Shown here: positions 1-11,575 of the stretch, in pieces | Numbering within the stretch: position 1 is the first letter of the stretch | Layout of the letters: each line of letters begins with the position of its first letter | DNA from: Malacoraja senta | Taxonomy: Eukaryota | DNA: 64,000 nt | Direction: 5' to 3' | Assembly (NCBI GenBank): GCA_038087875.1 | Contig: CM076001.1 | Span: forward strand, 746,001 to 810,000 | The notes under the pieces: model-generated | The model's database searches: none | The model's input: the letters and a program-made list of their open reading frames with translations, nothing else | What the model was told of the DNA's origin: nothing | Made by a program: the position numbers and the translations under genes

Positions 1-820
1 ATCATATGGTGCAACCAATACCTCAGTTCTCTGGCTGTGGGGGGAGCATTTGCATTATTAAATTCAGTTGGTACATCCCTTTTAAAATTGTCCTTGAAAA
101 AAAACAAAAAAAACATGTGAATTATTGTGACACAAAAAAAATTTTTTTTAAGTGAAGCTACAGTGTCTAAAAATGACGACACTGTAACCGATTATCCACC
201 TAATGGTGGTAGTTACACATCTATTGACTTCCGTAGTTGTTAATCTACATTTAGCTCCGCCCCCTTGAATAATCTTGCAAAAAGGAGTTGGGGCCAATTC
301 AAAGCCGAGTTATATATATCACCATTACCGTATATATATATATATATATAATTAAATCTTATCTAATCAAATCTTCAGCTTATCTACCATGTACCTATGT
401 TAACAATTATTACATTTTCTTCCCCTTCAGTACTAATCAACTGCTGGTTGGAAGGGGTTAACCAGAGTCAGACTCCTGGCTATTTGCCAAGGTTCTGAAT
501 CTCCTCACCTCCTCCCGAGCATAATTTGAACTGAAGCTTATTATATTATCTAAATTAGTTGTTTTTTTAGTCTGTTATTAATCTATTTCCTTATATTTAG
601 CCCCCCCCTTCCCCTCCCCGGGGGGATCAATCAATATAATGGATTATTACATTTTACCATTTGAGCAATTCGCTTTTAATTCAATTACTATTACTGTTAA
701 TATGTTAATTTCATTAGATTTAATTACTATTACTATGTTAATTCAGTAGTTTCTGTGTTAATATAGGATTAGTATAGGGTTAAAATTTTAAAAGCATTTA
801 ATTCAGGAAATTTTATTTTC
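1..820 (-). mobile_element. L1 inter-ORF spacer fragment (element continues beyond the left window edge)
   Basis: Bases 1-95 align by eye with 18705-18800 (catatggtgcaa..aatacctc..ctgg..tacatc), and 453-480 (aggggttaacc..tcctgg) aligns with 19264-19284, both in the inter-ORF region of the full-length L1. Right boundary approximate. Confidence 0.55.
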
Positions 821-829
821 AAGTCCATC

Positions 830-1223
830 TGTATTACGTTCCCCATTCAGCCACGCCCTTGTTATTCCATCTTACAACGGTATATTTTTAACCGTATATA
901 AAAGTCGATGGCCTTGCTGCCACCGACTCCTCAAAGGGCGCCCGCTACTCGCAGACCCGCGGTCTTTCTCGAGTTTACCTGCGGTACGCCTCTAACATCC
1001 TTTCTCCATTCTGACTTGTGTTGTTCCAACTACAAGTTCTCTGAAGAAAGCGACCTGAAAAACATAAGTAAACACTTACCTTCAGGCTTTTTATTTACCG
1101 GTTTGGAGGAGCTCTGCTCACTCCAAACACACGGTCGCTGCGCTATGCGTCTGACGATATGACGCGTGTGTGGCTGGACGGGCTCTTCTTCACGTAGTCA
1201 CTCACATGACTCCGAAGTAAAAT
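830..1223 (-). mobile_element. DIRS retrotransposon, 5' end (left terminus, leader, start of gag)
   Basis: Minus strand begins ATTTTACTTCGGAGTCATGTGAGTGACTACGTGAAGAA, nearly identical to the left termini of the DIRS copies at 11890(-) and 29848(+). It abuts a CR1 3' region at a shared AAT/ATT core. Confidence 0.75.
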
Positions 1224-1790
1224 CAGTACCCCGTTTCTGCTTTTTCCCCATATCCTTTCGTTCCATTAGCCCTAAGAGCTAAATCTAACTCTCTCTTGAA
1301 AACATCCAGTGAATTGGCCTCCACTGCCTTCTGTGGCAGAGAATTCCACAGATTCACAACTCTCTGGGTGAAAAAGTTTTTCCTCATCTCAGTCCTAAAT
1401 GGCCTACCCTTTATTCTTAAGCTGTGACCCCTGGACTCTTCCAACATGGGGAACATTTTTCCTGCATCTAGCCTGTCCAATCAGTTAAGAATTTTATATG
1501 TTTCTATAAGCTCCCCTCTCATCCTTTTAAATTCCAGTGAATACAAGCCCAGTCGACCCATTCTTTCCTCATATTTCAGTCCCGCCATCCCAGGAATTAA
1601 CCGGGTGAACCTACGCTGCACTCCCTCAATAACAAGAATGTCCTTCCTCAAATTAGGAGACCAAAACTGCACACAATACTCCAAGTGTGGTCTCACCAGG
1701 ACCCTGTACAACTGCAGTAGGACCTCCTTCTAAACCCAAATCCTCTCACAATGAAGACCAACATGCCATTAGGTTTCTTCACTGCCTGCT
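1221..1790 (-). mobile_element. CR1 (HER1-like) LINE 3' fragment
   Basis: ORF pieces YRVLVRPHLEYCVQFWSP..RRFTRLIPGM and RGHSLRIKG..FFTQRVVNLWNSLP are typical CR1 ORF2 C-terminal motifs. Confidence 0.9.
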
Positions 1791-1861
1791 GTGCCTGCTG
1801 TGTATATTGCTAAAAAGCAATAACAAGTAATATATAAATAAGACACAAAAAGCTGAAGTAA

Positions 1862-3432
1862 TAGCCCTGTCTCACGGTGCGAGTTGACCCACGAGGTACC
1901 CTGAGTGAAAGACTCGTGGTTGTGTACGAGATTCCAAGTGTATGATCAAGAGTTTAACCGAGTTCCCATGGGTATGACTAAGTTTGCCGTTTACTTGTCA
2001 TTTCTGCGATGTTTCAAGTTCGTCTCCCGAGTTACCAAGTTCCTCTCCCGAGTTACTCTTGAGCCCTTTCTGTTTTTACTTCAGATTTCCAGCAGCTGCA
2101 GTTCTTTTGAGATTTAATTAACGTTGACCCCTGTCTGTGTGTGCGTGACTCACTCTCTGTGCAGCCTGAGTTGTGAAACATTTTCTACTCTTTTCTCTAT
2201 CTTTTTCTGATTTTCAGTATCTGCTGTAACTTGCTTTTGACTTATTATTAATGTGTGAAGTGTTGATTTTAGCCAGAGCCATTTTACTGGCGTATCTTCC
2301 CGAGCAGAAATAGTCTACAAATAAATAAACCTCAAATATTTCAGGAATAACCTGTATAAATATGTCTCATTTTCAAATAAATGCTGCTTTACTTCTGAGA
2401 TATTTGTACTGACCAGAGGAACAGCAGGTTTTAACAATTTTTTCCCTAATTGTACAACACTAGCGCCCAGTGATTGGGTTAAACATAATTCTTTACTGTA
2501 TTGTGACCTATGTTGTTTAAAATGGTTTTAAAATGTTGACTTAAACCTTGTGCTATTTGTGGGAAATCAAAAAGCAGAAGCTAACTCCACACGGACAGCA
2601 GCTGAGCTCAGGATCGAACCAGAGACCACGAGGCAGCAGCATTAACTGCTGTACCACCATGCAGCGGAGATGGTCCAGGTCTAATCCAATGTGATTCCTG
2701 ATGTCTGAGGGTCAGGGGAAAATGATCTCTCGTCTCCCTTTCCCCTGACTCACAGTCTGAAGAAGGGTCTCGACCCGAAACATCACCTATTCCTTTTCTC
2801 CAGGGATGCTGTCTGACCCACTGAGTTACTCCAGCTTTTTGTGTCTATCTTCGGTTTGAACCAGCGTCTGCAGCTCCTTCCTGCACATGATTCCTGATGT
2901 GTCTGAGTATGGTCTAAGAAGACGTCCAGAGAGCTTCCAGCTGTGCTCCAGTACAATTCCAGCTGTGCTCAGGCAACGTCCCAGGGCTATTTCTGTGTAA
3001 TTCTAGATGTGCTTCTGTAGGCTTTCAGTCACAACCGTGACCAGGTCTTGCTTTGTGCTGCCTTTGTCCCAGTTTCTGCTGACAATCCCCTCCGTCTTCA
3101 GCAAGGACCTCAGGAAGTTCCAAATCGTGAGGGTTTATTATGATCATGGGGGGGGGAGGTAACTCAAGGGCCACCAAGTTCTTACAACAAGTTTAAATGT
3201 TTCAATTTTTAACTTCAACAGTACATTTTACTCGTGGAAAACTTTAAACATGTTTGAACTTTTTCAAGAGTTAACAAGTTTCACGGGTACCTGCCGTTAG
3301 CGCCACGAGTCGCTAAGTTGCGTCCACGAGTTCCGACGTTCCCGCTACGTTAATTGTATGTGATTATCACGAGTTAAATTTGTTTTAAACTCGGGGTACC
3401 TCGTGGGTCAACTCGCACGTGAGACAGGGGTT
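1862..3432. mobile_element. Non-autonomous DNA transposon, PIF/Harbinger-like
   Basis: About 42-bp TIRs ccctgtctcacggtgcgagttgacccacgaggtaccctgagt (1865-1906) / actcggggtacctcgtgggtcaactcgcacgtgagacaggg (3389-3429). TAA/TTA flanks fit a TWA 3-bp TSD. No transposase ORF. Confidence 0.75.
2705..2887 (+). mobile_element. Penelope-derived short element with hammerhead-like motif
   Basis: CTGAAGA-A-GGGTC-TC-GACCC-GAAA-C-ATC at 2757-2784. Short inverted 5' piece (2705-2721 vs 2739-2755). 13-bp TSD tgattcctgatgt (2692-2704 / 2888-2900). Confidence 0.75.
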
Positions 3433-4145
3433 TTACTCAGCAGATCAGACAGCATCTCTGGAGAAAAGGAGTAGGTGACATATCGGGTCGAGACCATTCT
3501 TCAGAGTGAAGTAGAATGATCCTAAGAAACATCACCTATTCCTTTACTCCAGAGATGCTGCCTGACCCGCTGAGTTATTCCAGCATTTTTATGTCTATCT
3601 TAAATGTAAACCAGCATCTGCAGTTCCTTCCTACACAGTAATACAGAAATATTTAGCTACCAAGATGAATACATTTTCACCACCTTGTGGGTGGGTGTCG
3701 GTGCTTTGACCCCTCAGTGGCTATAATTGAGTTGCTGAAAGGCTGATCCTTTTGCTTTTGAACCATTTATAACAGAACAAAACCTTTGTCCCAGATGGGC
3801 TGTCTTATTGCTGTTAGCTCTGGATATATTTGTAGGAGCCTTCTGGAATGACTGATTATGGAGGTCGGATGAGTCATAGAAAACATAGAAAATAGGTGCA
3901 GGAGGAGGCCATTTGGCCCTTCGAGCCTGCACCGTCAGTGCTGGAAGGTGAACCAGTATCCAGGCAAAGCAGGACATTAAGACCATGACAGCATGTGAAA
4001 AGCACTTGGTTGTACAGCACTCCTGACGATATGAAACTTCTATGGATGCACATTATCTTTACTTTATCTTTGATAAGCTCACTCATGTGTAAATTGACCT
4101 GCACAATTATATGAATTTATGTGTTCACAAGTGCTTTCGTATAAT

Positions 4146-4280
4146 GTGTAGGAATGAAATGCAGATGCTGGTTTACACCAAAGATAGACACAAAAAGCTG
4201 GAATAACTCAACGGGTCAGACAGCATCTCTGGAGAAAAGGAATAGGTAACGTTTTGGATCGAGACCCTTCTTCGGACGGG
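4146..4280 (-). mobile_element. Penelope-derived short element
   Basis: Reverse complement of the same repeat family. TSD tttcgtataatgt (4135-4147) / tttcatataatgt (4281-4293). Confidence 0.7.
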
Positions 4281-4495
4281 TTTCATATAATGTTCTTTTT
4301 GAGTCAAATTTGAATTCAATTGACCATCAGCCATATCCACACAGGGCATACAGCTGAAGCTGCAGACAGTTAAATGTCCTTAACAGCAGCGGATGGCAAA
4401 AATAATGAAAGCCGTATGAGGTTCCGATTGTTGATATGAGATGGGAGTAACAGTTGTGATTAATGAGTTGCCTGCTGAGACCATACAGCTGTAAC

Positions 4496-5649
4496 GCAAG
4501 GCAAGGCAAGGCAAGTTTATTTGTATAGCACCTTTCAACCACAAGGTAATTCAAAGTGCTTTACATAAAACATTTAAAGCATTTGAAAGAAACACATATA
4601 AAATGACATTTAGATATAAAATGATTATTAGATTATTCAGATAATAATTACAAAATTAAAAGCAATCAAATAAAATATTTAAAATAGAATAAAACCAGGA
4701 ATAGAAGTTACAGTGCAGTATAGGTAATTAATAAATTGTATTGTTTACTGAAAGGCAGCGGCAAACAGAAAAGTCTTCAGTCTAGATTTAAAAGAGCTGA
4801 GAGTTGCAGCAGAACTGCAGTTTTCTGGGAGTTTGTTCCAGATATGTGGTGCATAAAAACTAAATGCTGCCTCTCCATGTTTAGTTCTGACTCTGGGGAC
4901 ACAGAGCAGACCTGTCCCAGACGATCTGAGAGGTCTGGGTGGTTCGTAGCTAAGCAGAAGATCAGAAATGTATTTTGGCCCTAAACCATTCAGTGCTTTG
5001 TAAACCAACAGTAGTATTTTGAAACCAATTCTTTGACAGACAGGAAGCCAGTGTAAAGACCTCAGAACTGGAGTAATGTGATCTACTTTTTTGGTCTTAG
5101 TGAGGACTCGAGCAGCAGCGTTCTGAATTAACTGCAGCTGTCTGATCGACGTTTTAGGGAGACCTATAAAGACACTGTTACAGTAGTCGAGCCTGCTGAA
5201 GATAAATGCATGGACAAGTTTTTCCAAATCCTGCTGAGACATAAGTCCCTTAATCCTTGATATATTCCTCAGGTGATAGTAGGCTGACTTTGTGACTGTT
5301 TTTATCTGGCCGTTGAAGTTCAGGTCTGAGTCCATGACTACTCCTACGTTTCTGGCTTGGTTTGTTGTTTTTAGCATTACCATTTGAAGCTGGGTGCTAA
5401 CTTTTAATCGTTCATCCTTGGCTCCAAAAACAATTATTTCAGTTTTTTCTTTGTTTAATTGGAGAAAATTCTGGTTCATCCAATCGTTGATTTGCTCAAT
5501 GCATCTACTCAGTGTTTGTATTGGACTATAGTCTCCTGGTGATATTGTTATGTAGATTTGTGTGTCGTCTGCGTAACTATGGTAACATATTTTGATGTTT
5601 TTCATGATCTGAGCCAGTGGAAGCATGTAGATGTTAAACAGAAGAGGCA
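4496..5649 (-). mobile_element. L2 LINE, 5'-truncated, uninterrupted 301-aa RT C-terminal frame
   Basis: ORF 4745-5650: [52 protein letters not shown]. 3' tail ..tgctatacaaataaa(cttgc)n. Confidence 0.92.
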
Positions 5650-5849
5650 CTGTAGATGTTGGAAAGAATGAGGAGGCATAGGGCGAGGCTCAGATTATCC
5701 ATGAGAAATAGTGAACAATATCCATGGTTAGCAAGGAACCAAATAAAATGGAGTGAAAGCCCAGCAGGATAGACTTCCCTGCTGAACAATCAGATGTGTA
5801 CAAAAAATCAGACCTTAGCGTGTTGCTCTAAAATCAGTGTGAAAAATAT

Positions 5850-6186
5850 ACATCTTCTAGATGCGCTGGGACGCATCCTCAGTGATGTGATCTGGGGTCA
5901 TCGGGTGTTTCGGGTCTCACAACATCAGACACCCTCGCCCAGGCGACCTAGCCGGGGTTGATCAGGCCCCGACTTGTATCCCAGCAGCAACCGCCCACGG
6001 ATCAGCCATCTTAATAACTACTCTGCAGGGGTTCGGAGACTCTAGTGCGTGGAGGGACTGGGTTCTGTGGAGTGAGTCCTGGCCGGGCTCCTCCTGCGTC
6101 TCACCAGGTTCAAGGCCTGTGCGCTGCCCCTCTTTCTCCTTCTCCATTTCATTCTCGCCTGATGGATTTTTAGGCCATGGTGGTTA
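5850..6186 (-). mobile_element. HERO-like (R2-group) non-LTR retrotransposon, internally deleted
   Basis: N-terminal motifs GLKIHQARMK and QRTGLEPGETQEEPGQ are joined directly to the C-terminal IK-ADPWAVAAGIQVGA* and the 3' UTR gatcaaccccggc..gggtgtctgatg..gacccgaaacaccc.atgacccc. Recognised from recalled fish HERO sequences. Confidence 0.65.
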
Positions 6187-6289
6187 ATAGAGTAATAGGA
6201 GGAGTTTTCCTTCTTAAAGACCATGCTAGACAGTGTTCCAAATGGTTTAAATGAGCAAAAGAGAATGTATTCTGACTGCATCCCAGGGA

Positions 6290-6620
6290 CAGATGTCATT
6301 ACCCTGTTGGCCTTCTGTTCAAAGCAAGCGTAGAATGTTCACAAGTTCATCATGGTGGGAGTCACTATCACCAGAGATGCTCCCTGACTTTGCTTGTAGC
6401 CCATTGTAATATTTCAAGCCTTGCCACAGTTGACAGGTGTTCGAATGATTATGCTGGGTCTCAAGTTTGGCAATCCTGATGGCTTTGCAAAGATCATAGC
6501 ACTAGATTTTGTACCGACTGGGATCATTTGACTTGGCCATGACCTGGCAATGAACCTCACAGTCATCCATGGTTTTTGGTGGGGGAACACTCGGATTGAC
6601 CACTTTGGCACGCATATCTT
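6290..6620 (-). mobile_element. Degenerate Rex1/Babar LINE fragment
   Basis: IRVFPHQKPWM motif and remnants of the ..NxFYAxFE region seen in the intact Rex1 frame at 33157-34785. Confidence 0.6.
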
Positions 6621-7044
6621 CTAAGTTTCTCAAAGATGTGGAGTCTTTGGGGTAAAAATATAACTAAGTCATATGAAGAAACAGATAACTTGATTTATTT
6701 TTAATGTTATTATTAATTATTATATTTTTAGATGAGCAATAGTTGATGTCGACAATTCATTCCTCCATAGATAGTGTCTGATCCACTGATTTCCTTCAGC
6801 AATTTGCTTTTTGCTCCAGAATACAGCATCTACATTCTCTTACATCTTCAATCAAAGCTGGTGCTTTGCTACTGCACTGAGATTGTGCTGCACAGTTGGA
6901 GTTCCTGTGCTTCATTTCAGAGGTTAAATTGAGATGGTTATGAAAAATTTAAAGGGACGATTTCAAAGATCTGTTGGAAATTTATCTTAGGAACCTCAGA
7001 CAGAGCTTACTATCCATGGACCATTGTGATCATTGTCACATGGT

Positions 7045-7378
7045 TTTAGTTTAGTTTAATTTAGTTTAGTTTAGCTTAGTTTAGTTTAGTTTAGAGACAC
7101 AACATGGAAAAAGGCCCGTCAGCCCACTGAGTCCATGCCAACACAATCACCCATACATGAGTTCTATCCTAGACACTAGGGACAATTTACAGAAGCCAAT
7201 TGACCTACAAACCTGAACATCTTTGGAATGTGGGAAGAAACCGGAGCATCCGGAGGAAACCCACATGGTGACAGTGAGAACATGCAAACTCGCACAGACT
7301 ACACCCAATATCAGGATTGAACCTGGGCCTCCTGCGCCATGAGGCAGCAGCTCTACCAGCTGCACCAGCTGCGCCACA
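7045..7378 (-). mobile_element. HE1/V-SINE-like tRNA-derived SINE
   Basis: tRNA-like head (gtggcgcag..ggtagagctgctgcc..ggttcaatcc), V-domain core (ccggtttcttcccacattccaaagatgt), CR1-like tail and (taaac)n. Confidence 0.85.
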
Positions 7379-7899
7379 GCTAACGCTGACTAACTAGAGA
7401 TTTTTAGTAAATTACTCAAAACAGACTTTTGTCCTCGGTTTTTGCTGAGGGATGTCCTTGAATGGTAAGCTTTGTCCAAGGCACCAACCATAAATTTCCA
7501 ACTGTTCTTTGAAGAAGAGGTATATTAGAGGTAAATGAATCAATAGATTAGAGGTTTCATCTTCATAATAGTAAAGGGAGATATAATGTAGAATATGTTG
7601 TGGGGGGTGGAATGTACAGTTGGAGCATTGTGGAAGGGAAATATTTCCAATGAAGGAATTTGGTTAAAACATTACAGATCTGCTCAGATACCACTCAATT
7701 GTATGAAAGGATATGAGTTTAATCTGACATTATGTTCAGTCTGGATATTGTGGGCCAAAATACATCTTCTGTGCTGTACTGTTCTATGTTTTAAAAGATG
7801 CAAAAAAATATAGTATCTGCACAAATCGTCATCTATTTTAGTACAAATATTTAGTGAAATGAGCAATGAATTTAATGAAGGCACACTGTCATTATTGCC

Positions 7900-8265
7900 A
7901 GTTTGTAAAACCATGAGCGGCATCAATAGGGTAAACAGTCAGAATCTTTTTCCCAGGATGGAAAAATCAAACACTACACGCCATAGCTTTAAGGTGAGAG
8001 GGGCAAAGTTTAAAGGTGATGTACAGGGCAAGTTTCTACACAGAGGATGGTGAGTGCCTGGAACACACTGCCGGGAATGTTGTTTGAATTAGATATGTTA
8101 GTGGATTTTAAAAGACTTTTGGATAGGCATATGTATATGTGGGAAATATAGAGATATGGGTTATGTGCATGTAGATGTGATGGTCTTGGCATCATGATCA
8201 GCACACTCGTTGTGGGCCAAAGGGCCTTTTCTTGTGCTGTACTGTTATATGGTCTATATGTTCTA
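7900..8265 (+). mobile_element. CR1 LINE 3' fragment
   Basis: NRVNSQNLFPRMEKSNTTRHSFKVRG followed by the CR1 3' UTR (gggccaaagggcct..tgtgctgtactgt). Confidence 0.8.
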
Positions 8266-8745
8266 TTATTGTTAATGAAGTCTTGTTTACATTTTGAATG
8301 GAACAGTGCTCCATAATCTTGAAGTAATCAGTCATATTTCCTTTGTATTTGCAAAGGAAAATTGTGTCTTGAAGGTCTGTAATTCTCTCCTAATTCCAGT
8401 TTTACATATTACTTCAAGAACTGTCCCAAGACCAAGGAATAATATCTTCCATATTATGTGTTATTAAGAACTGCTATTTGCCATGTTAACATTTATACCA
8501 GGCACTTATATCTGCCATATAATAGTAAGATTAAACGAGAACTTACCAGTTTGAAGTTTGATCTATATTTTATGAGGAGTTACGATGAGGGATTACGTGA
8601 AGAAGCCCACCAGCCCGCATGCACGTCAACCTTCAAAGCAGCGGTGTGAAATCACAGATAACAGTTGTTGAAATGAATATAGTAAGATTTGAGAGAACTA
8701 GAACTACCGAGTGATCTTTATGAGAAGAGGGTTGGGAGTGGAGGG

Positions 8746-8857
8746 CACGTAATCCCTTATCGTAACTCCTCATAAAATAAAGATCAAACTTCAAACTGGT
8801 AAGTTCTCGTTTAATCTTACTATTTTACTTCGGAGTCACGTGAGTGACTTCATGAAG
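8746..8857 (-). repeat. Internal complementary region (ICR) of DIRS copy 2
   Basis: Contains the right-end/left-end junction gttctcgtttaatcttact-attt-tacttcggagtcacg, inverted relative to 8521-8600 and 11856-11890. Confidence 0.9.
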
Positions 8858-9070
8858 ATTTCAAAGCTCTGTGATTTCATGCCGTGGACACGAGTCCATG
8901 CGTCAGACACTGCATCAGTTGACCAAGGATGAGTGAAAATAAATAATGCATTCAAACATGACATAGATTTAAACATGCTGATGCTTTAATGAGCAAATGA
9001 AAATAATAGTGCCCCCTCTCATCCAGGGGGAAACTATAAAACAGAACTTAAATGGAATTGGCAAACACCC

Positions 9071-10018
9071 CTAGTCTGGCAATGGGTTTATTATAAAATG
9101 TTTGGAAAGTTGTTCATTTGACCATCCTGCAGCCGCTAGGATGTGGTCCAGCGGAACATACATAACCCTTGCTGCTGATGTTGTAGCAGCCCTGGTGGAG
9201 TGAGATTTGAAAATATTAGTATCTACTCCTGCATAAGCCAAAACCCGTTTTAACCACCCAGAGATGGTCTGAACTGATACCTTCTTATGAGTTTTTTTGT
9301 AACTAACAAACATTGCTAGTTCAGAGCCTCTAAGGCTCTTGGTGACCTAAAGTATTGTTGTAAATATGTGACCACACATAACCGAAGGTCCATGGGGTAT
9401 GCCATGAAAACTAGTTTGAGACCTGATGCCCCTGGTCTGCTGTGCTTAACTAAATCATAAACATAAAATATTATATTATTTGCAGATATAACCATGCTGT
9501 CCAGTCGCATTTATGTAGTGACTGGACCCGTTGCACTAAGACCAGCGCCATGAGCATAACCACTTTGTAAGTGAGTTTGACCAGGGATAGAGATGTAGCT
9601 GGGCCCCACCGGCGAAGCAGCTTTAGCACAACGCTAACATCCCATATCTCCGAGTACCTGGGTCTAGGGGAATTAGAGTTGAAGATACCCTTCATAAACC
9701 TAGATATCAGTGGGTGAGACCCGACAGAGTGGTGTCCCGATCCCAGCAACAAGTATGATGACAAGGCACTTCTGGCACAATTTATGGCACTATAACTCAA
9801 TGTCTCGTCAAATATAGTTTTGAGAGGAATTCCAAGACATCTGTTATACATGCCGTGTCATACAATATGTTGGACTGTAAACAGAACACATCCCATTTCT
9901 TGATATAGGAGATGTACTGGGGTTTTTTTTTGGTACTATCTCTCCAGGCCCCAGTGATCACATCCACCATATGATCTGACAGGCCGAGCCCCAGGTAAGG
10001 TCTTCTCAGTGTCTGCAA
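9071..10018 (-). pseudogene. DIRS tyrosine recombinase, frameshifted
   Basis: Collinear ORF fragments: AWRDSTKK, AINCARSALS, RPRYSEIWDV, LCVVTYL, QTISGWLK, FKSHSTRAA, AAAGWS. Confidence 0.9.
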
Positions 10019-10019
10019 T

Positions 10020-11575
10020 CAACAATTTAATTAAATCATGCAGAGGATTGTCCTCCCCAGTCACGGGGTGAACCAGCAGATTTCTGCATTTGGGAACAGC
10101 CATAAAAGGCTCTGTTATTATTCCCAGTATGAGTGGGAACCATGGCTGTGTGGGCCAGTCAGGCACTACCAAAAATGCCTGGCGGAGTCTTGCTGGATCT
10201 TAGCCAGCACTGATGAGGCAAAATGGAGGGAATGTATAAAAGAACCTTCCTCCCCAGTGTAGCGAGAATGCATCTACCGCTACTGCCCCTGGGTATGGTT
10301 ACCATGCAACATACTTTGGTAACTGGTGACTGAGTCGAGATGCGAACAAATCGATATCTGGTGTTCCATACCGAGCGACAATGTCGTTAAACACCTTATG
10401 ATCCAACATCCATTCTGTGTTGTCATTAAATTTCCGTGAACTGGTGTCCGCCACCATGTTAAACCTACCTGGTAAGTAGGTAGCTGAAACCCAAATGTTT
10501 CTTGCAATACACCAGTGCCAAATAAGGTTAACCAGTTTATCCCAAGATACTGACTTGATTCCACCCATATGATTAATATATGCCACCGCTGTAGTGTTGT
10601 CAATCTGTAGTTGAACATGCAGATGATGCATATTCCCACCATAAGCCTTCAACCCATAGAGTGCTCCCAGCACCTCTAAATAGTTGATACCATGTAACTG
10701 AAAGCTTGATGACTCATGCACATTCCAACTGCCACCGCAGCTAGAGATGGTATTGGTAGAATCCCAACCTTGAGCACTAGCGTCAGATTGTAATTTAACT
10801 GAAGATTTGCTGACCAAAAAGTTACTGCCGAATATTGGTCATCCACCACTGTAACTCAGAAATGGCTTCAGCTGGCAATCGCATAGGTCTGATTAAAGAG
10901 ACCTGCATGGTATTTGAGTGCTTGCTCCTTTGCACATTCTGATAATGCAAAGGCACAAACTGTGCAGCTGGAAAGCAGCCACTAATTTGCCAATTACACT
11001 GGTTATTTGTCGAATAGAAGGTTGCTCCATAACAACGAGATTGTTACAGGCTTCTATAAATTCTAATCTCTTACCCCAAGGCAGAGTCACAGACATGTGA
11101 AATAGAGTTAATGGTAAATCCCAAATACTCAATAATTCTAGATGGTATCAACTTTGATTTAACTGGATGGATGAGAACCCCAATGTCTCAAACATGAGTT
11201 TAGTGGCTGAAACAGCTAATTTAGCCAACTCCAGGGTTTTCCTTATGATTAGGATATCATCCAGGTATGCCATAACAATATGATTTTGAGCTCGAAGTAG
11301 CCCAAGTACTGGCTTCAATAATTTGGTAAATAATCTGGGCTGAAGTTAACCCATTAGGCAATGCTTTAAACTGCCACAGTTGCTCCATCCAGCTAAATTT
11401 CAAATATCTCTGATGATCCCAGCGAAAGGGTACCGAAATAGTATGCATCTTTGAGATCGATGCATGCCATATAACATCCTTTGGAAACCAGTTGTTTGGC
11501 AGTAACAAAGTTTTCCATTTTGAAATGTCTATACTGCACAAAACGAGTTAAGTCGAGTCAATTCAAGGATGATTC
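10020..11575 (-). pseudogene. DIRS RT-RNase H-methyltransferase-like ORF, disrupted
   Basis: RIILELTRLN, WQFKALPNGL, YLDD, SDASAQGW, INYLE, DNTTAVAYINHMGG, ADTSSR, DLFAS, VPDWPTQPWF. Confidence 0.9.

Larger units (their letters stand above)
1841..3636. mobile_element. Penelope-derived short palindromic element, split by the Harbinger-like insertion
   Basis: agacacaaaaagctgaagta (1841-1860) continues as ctcagcagatcagacagcatctctgg (3436 onward) and is followed by the inverted copy ending ctacac. Imperfect 15-bp TSD agtaatatataaata (1826-1840) / agtaatacagaaata (3637-3651). Confidence 0.7.
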
